From Syntrophaceae bacterium (GTDB lineage: Bacteria; Desulfobacterota; Syntrophia; Syntrophales; Smithellaceae): DNA of 64,000 nucleotides. Position numbers and translations under genes: made by a program. The stretch's first letter is position 1, and the number at the start of each line of letters is the position of its first letter. The stretch is taken from contig JANXZU010000034.1 in the NCBI GenBank assembly GCA_025355345.1, positions 6,143 through 70,142 of the forward strand, in the 5' to 3' direction. The notes below the pieces were generated by a model. The model was given only the letters and a program-made list of their open reading frames with translations. It was not told where the DNA came from and ran no database searches. Below are positions 59,407 through 64,000 of this stretch, one piece after another.

Positions 59407-60534
59407 ATGAAAAACTACTTTTTCTTCCGATCAGTCTTTGGAGTAGCTTTATTTCTGTTTTTTTTCTCGATATTATCTGCAAATGCAGCAGAAACAATCA
59501 AAATAGGTGTTCCCGGCGCGCATACGGGCGATTTGGCCTCTTACGGCCTGCCCACAGTAAAAGCCGCCCAGCTAGTCGTTAAGGATGTTAACGCCAAAGG
59601 TGGTATTTTGGGCAGAAAGGTGGAATTGATTATTGAAGATGAAGCCTGCAAGCCTGAACTGGCCAGCAACGCCGCCACTAAATTAGTTTCCGGCAAGGTG
59701 GACGCGGTAATAGGCCATATTTGCAGCGGCGCTACCAAAGCCGCCCTGCGTACCTACAAAGATGCAAAGATTATTGTCATCTCCCCATCCGCCACTAGCC
59801 CTGAATTGACTCTATCCGGTCAATACCCAAATTTCTTCCGAACTATCGGTTCTGACGCCGTGCAGGCGAAGCTGGTTTCTGACTTTGCCGTAAAAACACT
59901 AAAATTTACGAAATTTGCCGTTATTCATGACAAAGGCGACTACGGTAAGGGGTTCGCAGAATATGCAAAAAAATATATTGAAGAATGCAAAAATACCCAT
60001 GTTGCTCTTTTTGAAGGCATAACAGCAGGCGCGGTTGATTATTCCGCAATTGTTCAGAAAATCAAGCATTCCGGAGCTGAAGCAGTCATCTATGGCGGAT
60101 ACCACCCCGAAGCCGCTTCAGTTGTGCAACAAATGCGCAAAAAAGGCATGAAAACCCTGTTTATTTCAGATGACGGAGTTAAGGATAATACATTCATCAA
60201 AGTTGCAGGGCAATACGCTGAAGGAGTTTATGCATCTGGTCCCCGAGACACAACAAACAATCCTCTGGCCATAGCCGCAATTGATGCTCATAGAAAAGCT
60301 TATGGTACGGAGCCCGGCGCATTTTACCTCAACGCGTATTCCGCAACCATCGCCATTTTAAACGCAATAAGTAAAGCCAAATCCACTCAATATGAAGCTG
60401 TGGCCAAGGCTCTGCGCGGAAATAAAGTTGATACGCCGCTGGGGAAAATATCCTTTGACAAGAAGGGTGATGCTCTCGGCGTCGGCTTTTCCATGTATCT
60501 GGTAAAAAATGGAGCTTATGTGGAATTAAAGTAG
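59407..60534 (+). CDS. livJ: branched-chain amino acid ABC transporter substrate-binding protein
   Basis: ATG 59407 follows AAGGAG. Signal peptide, then IKIGV..A.TGD.A.YG and a type-I periplasmic binding fold pattern. Confidence 0.85.
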   Translation: MKNYFFFRSVFGVALFLFFFSILSANAAETIKIGVPGAHTGDLASYGLPTVKAAQLVVKDVNAKGGILGRKVELIIEDEACKPELASNAATKLVSGKVDAVIGHICSGATKAALRTYKDAKIIVISPSATSPELTLSGQYPNFFRTIGSDAVQAKLVSDFAVKTLKFTKFAVIHDKGDYGKGFAEYAKKYIEECKNTHVALFEGITAGAVDYSAIVQKIKHSGAEAVIYGGYHPEAASVVQQMRKKGMKTLFISDDGVKDNTFIKVAGQYAEGVYASGPRDTTNNPLAIAAIDAHRKAYGTEPGAFYLNAYSATIAILNAISKAKSTQYEAVAKALRGNKVDTPLGKISFDKKGDALGVGFSMYLVKNGAYVELK

Positions 60535-61437
60535 ATGAACTATTTCGGCGAATTATTCTTTAGCGGGCTGACACGCGGCAGCATTTACGCTCTTCTTGCC
60601 CTGGGCTACACAATGGTCTATGGCATTCTACAGTTGATAAATTTCGCGCACGGTGAAATATACATGATCGGCGCGTTTACCGCTTTGATTGTTGCTTCAG
60701 TTTTAACAGTAAAAGGGTTTTCGTCAATTGCGATACTTGTTCTTGCAGCTGTTGTGGCAGTTGTTTATTCCGCCGCCTATGGCTATACGGTGGAAAAGAT
60801 TGCCTACAAACCTTTGCGACAGGCGCCACGTCTCTCGCCCCTAATCAGTGCAATAGGCATGTCAATTTTCTTGCAGAACTACATCATGCTTGCCCAGACA
60901 TCTGATTTTCTGCCATATCCCAATTTGCTGCCGCCCATCCCACTTTTTAACCGATTCAGTAATATTATCGGCCCTTCAGAGCTGAGCATTGTCCTGACCT
61001 CGGCAATATTGATGATCTTGCTGACCTTGTTTATAAAATTTACCAAAACGGGGAAAGCAATGCGCGCAACTGCTCAGGACAAAGAAATGGCAATGCTGGT
61101 GGGAGTTAACGTCAACCGTGTCATTTCCACAACCTTCATCATCGGTTCAGCGCTGGCGGCAATCGGTGGAATTCTCATAGCCTCTCATACCGGCAGGATC
61201 AATTTTTATATCGGCTTTAGCGCCGGCATCAAAGCCTTTACTGCGGCTGTTCTGGGAGGAATAGGCAGCATCCCCGGTGCCATGCTTGGGGGGCTTGTGC
61301 TGGGCTTAGCAGAGAGCTTTGCCACAGGTTATATATCCAGCGATTACGAAGATGTTTTTGCCTTCGCACTTCTGGTGTTAATATTAATTTTTAAGCCGTC
61401 AGGGCTGTTAGGCCGAGCGAATAACCAAAAGGTTTAA
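60535..61437 (+). CDS. livH: branched-chain amino acid ABC transporter permease
   Basis: LVNGL-type start (GLTRGSIYALLALGYTMVYG), FAHGE, 300 aa. Confidence 0.9.
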   Translation: MNYFGELFFSGLTRGSIYALLALGYTMVYGILQLINFAHGEIYMIGAFTALIVASVLTVKGFSSIAILVLAAVVAVVYSAAYGYTVEKIAYKPLRQAPRLSPLISAIGMSIFLQNYIMLAQTSDFLPYPNLLPPIPLFNRFSNIIGPSELSIVLTSAILMILLTLFIKFTKTGKAMRATAQDKEMAMLVGVNVNRVISTTFIIGSALAAIGGILIASHTGRINFYIGFSAGIKAFTAAVLGGIGSIPGAMLGGLVLGLAESFATGYISSDYEDVFAFALLVLILIFKPSGLLGRANNQKV

Positions 61438-61450
61438 TCAGGAAAAAACC

Positions 61451-62680
61451 ATGAAGATAACTGCTGAACTTAAGAAATCATTTTATATCGCTCTGTGGTT
61501 TATTCTGCTTACCTTCCCTATAATGGTCATCCGCGTTAATACAATTGAGCAGATTGTTATCTGGCGATGGGTAAACCTGCTCTATGTTGGCATTGGCAGC
61601 TTTGTACTTTCTTTTTTATGGCAATTATTCCTGAAGAAAAAAAGCCGATCTGTTCAAACTATCGGCACCAAACCCTCGCCTCTGAGGCGTTTGCTCTATG
61701 AGCCGAAATTCAACCGCCCTGCCCTGGTTGTAATAGCTATTTTCACAATAATCTTTCCCTTTATCTTCTCTCACTATCAGGTCAACATTATGACGACCGC
61801 TCTTATCTATGTGATGCTGGGACTGGGTCTGAACATTGAGGTGGGACTTGCCGGACTTTTAGATCTGGGATATGTCGCCTTTTACGCCGTGGGAGCTTAC
61901 AGTTACGCGCTCCTCAATTATCACTTTGGCCTGGGTTTCTGGACTTTGCTTCCCGTGGGAGCAATACTTGCTGCCTTTTTCGGTATTTTAATCGGACTCC
62001 CCGTCTTACGTTTGCGTGGCGATTACCTGGCGATTGTCACTTTGGGATTTGCCGAAATTATCCGTCTTATTCTGGAAAACTGGAATACGTTTTCTTTTGG
62101 CCCCAGTGGCATATCCAATATTCCACGCCCCGGATTATTCGGCATTAAGCTGAATTCTGAACAGTCAGCAATTTATATGTATTACCTGTTAGTTATTTTT
62201 TGCCTTTTAGCGATTTTCGTCGTCCATCGATTAAAGAACTCACGCATCGGGCGGGCATGGAATGCGCTGCGCGAAGATGAACTTGCCTGCCAAGCAGCAG
62301 GTATTGATAAAACCAGAACAAAACTTACAGCCTTTGCCCTGGGAGCAACATGGGCAGGAATGGCCGGAGTTCTTTTTGCCGCTAAGACAACCTTTATTAA
62401 TCCGGCCAGCTTCACTTTTCTGGAATCAGCCATGATTTTATCAATTGTTGTTTTGGGCGGAATGGGATCAATTATCGGAGTGGTCATCGCGGCACTGGCC
62501 ATAATATTATTACCGGAATATCTGCGCGTTTTCAGTGATTACCGGATGATCTTATTTGGCGCGGTACTGATCACGATGATGATTTTTCGACCACAGGGAA
62601 TTATTGCTGATATGCGCAAGAAATATGAATCTCATAAAACCAGCGGTTCAAAGATAAAGGGCATAGATCAAAATGGATAA
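61451..62680 (+). CDS. livM: branched-chain amino acid ABC transporter permease
   Basis: GLNIEVGLAGLLDLGYVAFYAVGAY motif block of LivM, with an extra N-terminal TM region. Confidence 0.9.
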   Translation: MKITAELKKSFYIALWFILLTFPIMVIRVNTIEQIVIWRWVNLLYVGIGSFVLSFLWQLFLKKKSRSVQTIGTKPSPLRRLLYEPKFNRPALVVIAIFTIIFPFIFSHYQVNIMTTALIYVMLGLGLNIEVGLAGLLDLGYVAFYAVGAYSYALLNYHFGLGFWTLLPVGAILAAFFGILIGLPVLRLRGDYLAIVTLGFAEIIRLILENWNTFSFGPSGISNIPRPGLFGIKLNSEQSAIYMYYLLVIFCLLAIFVVHRLKNSRIGRAWNALREDELACQAAGIDKTRTKLTAFALGATWAGMAGVLFAAKTTFINPASFTFLESAMILSIVVLGGMGSIIGVVIAALAIILLPEYLRVFSDYRMILFGAVLITMMIFRPQGIIADMRKKYESHKTSGSKIKGIDQNG

Positions 62681-63470
62681 TGTTCTGGAAGTAAAAAATC
62701 TGACCCTTAATTTCGGCGGACTGCAAGCGCTCGACAACGTCTCTCTGGAAATTAATAAAGGTGAAATTGCGGCGCTCATCGGTCCTAACGGCGCAGGTAA
62801 AACCACATTATTCAATTGCCTGACCGGAATCCACAAACCTGCTGCCGGAGACATAATTCTCCATCCACCACAGGGAAAGTCACGCCGTCTCAATAATTTT
62901 AAAATTAATCAAATTACGACTTTGGGGATTGCGAGGACTTTTCAAAACATCCGCTTGTTTGGCGGCATGACTGTTTTGGAAAACGTGATGATTGGCCGTC
63001 ATTGCCGAACAGGTGCGGGCATTGCCGGCGCAATTTTGCGAGATAAAAGCACACGCCATGAAGAAAATTTAATTGTCAATGAAAGTTACTGTATTTTGGA
63101 AAAAATCGGCCTGAATATTTACGTAAACGATCTGGCGAAGAATCTGCCTTACGGCGCGCAGCGGCGTCTGGAAATTGCCCGCGCCCTGGCAACCGATCCT
63201 TTCCTGCTGCTTCTGGATGAACCGGCAGCGGGCATGAATCCACAAGAAACCAAAGAATTGGAAGATCTGATTTACAGTTTGCGTGACGACCATAATCTTT
63301 CCATATTACTTATTGAACATGACATGAAGTTGGTGATGAATCTTGCGCAGAATATATTTGTCCTCGATTACGGCGAAGAAATCGCCCGGGGGACACCGCA
63401 GGAAATTTGCCGAAATCCGGCGGTAATTAAGGCCTATCTAGGGGTAGAAGCCAGTGCTGAATATAATTAA
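62673..63470 (+). CDS. livG: branched-chain amino acid ABC transporter ATP-binding protein
   Basis: Walker A GPNGAGKTT, signature YGAQRRLEIARAL, Walker B LLLLDEP. Confidence 0.9.
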   Translation: MDNVLEVKNLTLNFGGLQALDNVSLEINKGEIAALIGPNGAGKTTLFNCLTGIHKPAAGDIILHPPQGKSRRLNNFKINQITTLGIARTFQNIRLFGGMTVLENVMIGRHCRTGAGIAGAILRDKSTRHEENLIVNESYCILEKIGLNIYVNDLAKNLPYGAQRRLEIARALATDPFLLLLDEPAAGMNPQETKELEDLIYSLRDDHNLSILLIEHDMKLVMNLAQNIFVLDYGEEIARGTPQEICRNPAVIKAYLGVEASAEYN

Positions 63471-64000
63471 TATCGAAACTTTTTATGGAAACATCCGCGC
63501 GCTCAAGGGCATATCCCTCTGTGTTCACCGGGGAGAAATAGTAGCACTGATCGGCGCAAACGGCGCGGGAAAAACGACAACATTAATGTCTATTTCCGGA
63601 ATTATCCCGATTAGCTGCGGTCGGATTCTTTTTGAAGGAGAACCCATTGAAAACAAGAACCCTGAGGATATCGTCGCCGCGGGAATTTCCCAAGTTCCTG
63701 AAGGAAGACGTATCTTCCCTCAACTTAGTGTACTGGAAAATCTGAAAATGGGTTCTTTTTTACGCAGAGATCATCAAGGAATAAAAAATGACCTAGAATA
63801 CATCTTTGAGCTTTTCCCCATCCTGAATAAGCGCAAGCATCAGGCTGGTGGCACCTTGAGCGGCGGTGAACAGCAAATGCTGGCGATATCGAGGGCAATG
63901 ATGGCCAGGCCTACACTCCTACTACTGGATGAACCTTCACTGGGGTTGTCGCCGATAATGACAAAACAAATTTTTCAAATCATCAAAAAGATTAATACTG
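63454..64000 (+). CDS. livF: branched-chain amino acid ABC transporter ATP-binding protein (3' end outside window)
   Basis: GTG 63454. Walker A GANGAGKTT, signature LSGGEQQMLAISRA, Walker B LLLLDEPS. The frame is open to the window edge. Confidence 0.85.
   Translation, partial: MLNIINIETFYGNIRALKGISLCVHRGEIVALIGANGAGKTTTLMSISGIIPISCGRILFEGEPIENKNPEDIVAAGISQVPEGRRIFPQLSVLENLKMGSFLRRDHQGIKNDLEYIFELFPILNKRKHQAGGTLSGGEQQMLAISRAMMARPTLLLLDEPSLGLSPIMTKQIFQIIKKINT

Overview
This 64 kb window looks like ordinary bacterial chromosome and is mostly housekeeping. Gene content (fused MetF/MetV-type methylene-THF reductase, rubrerythrin, membrane pyrophosphatase, sigma-32, flavodoxin/ferredoxin fusion) suggests an anaerobic Desulfobacterota-like organism, but that is inference only. 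Recognisable blocks are listed below.

- **1-6.2 kb:** ligA 3' end, acyP, aminotransferase, an SPFH/NfeD pair, UDG and coaBC.
- **6.4-15.5 kb:** an M23 peptidase, then about 8 kb of small secreted or membrane proteins of unknown function.
- **15.5-21.5 kb:** AMIN/LysM amidase, metF, tRNA-Arg(CCG), a CPBP protease and a GT25 glycosyltransferase.
- **21.7-35.2 kb:** rpsF-rpsR-DUF2232-rplI-dnaB, then a heat-shock neighbourhood (rpoH, diadenylate cyclase, clpB, htpX, DUF1844), ispE, tRNA-Gln(UUG), prs, L25/Ctc and pth.
- **35.2-64 kb:** hppA, a 2914-aa cyclic beta-1,2-glucan synthase, an EF-G paralog, rubrerythrin, an HD hydrolase, DUF1385, a LysM protein, a PP-loop ATPase, a DUF4301-like protein and a livJHMGF ABC transporter.

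I saw no mobile-element genes, CRISPR, cas, restriction or other defence genes.

The least expected signal is non-coding. A modular, hairpin-forming repeat family (core TAATGAGAC-stem-loop-stem-GTCGAATTATCC plus two further hairpin modules) fills six intergenic gaps. It shows compensatory stem substitutions between copies. It brackets the diadenylate cyclase gene, and its first TAA supplies the stop codon of two genes.

Secondary items:
- a run of signal-peptide mini-proteins rich in His/Asp/Arg around a Spy/ZraP-like gene
- a frame-split Cys-rich secreted peptide
- a DacZ-like (PK_C-like + DAC) cyclase embedded in the heat-shock locus

All family assignments are from motif recognition by eye. 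No searches were run.
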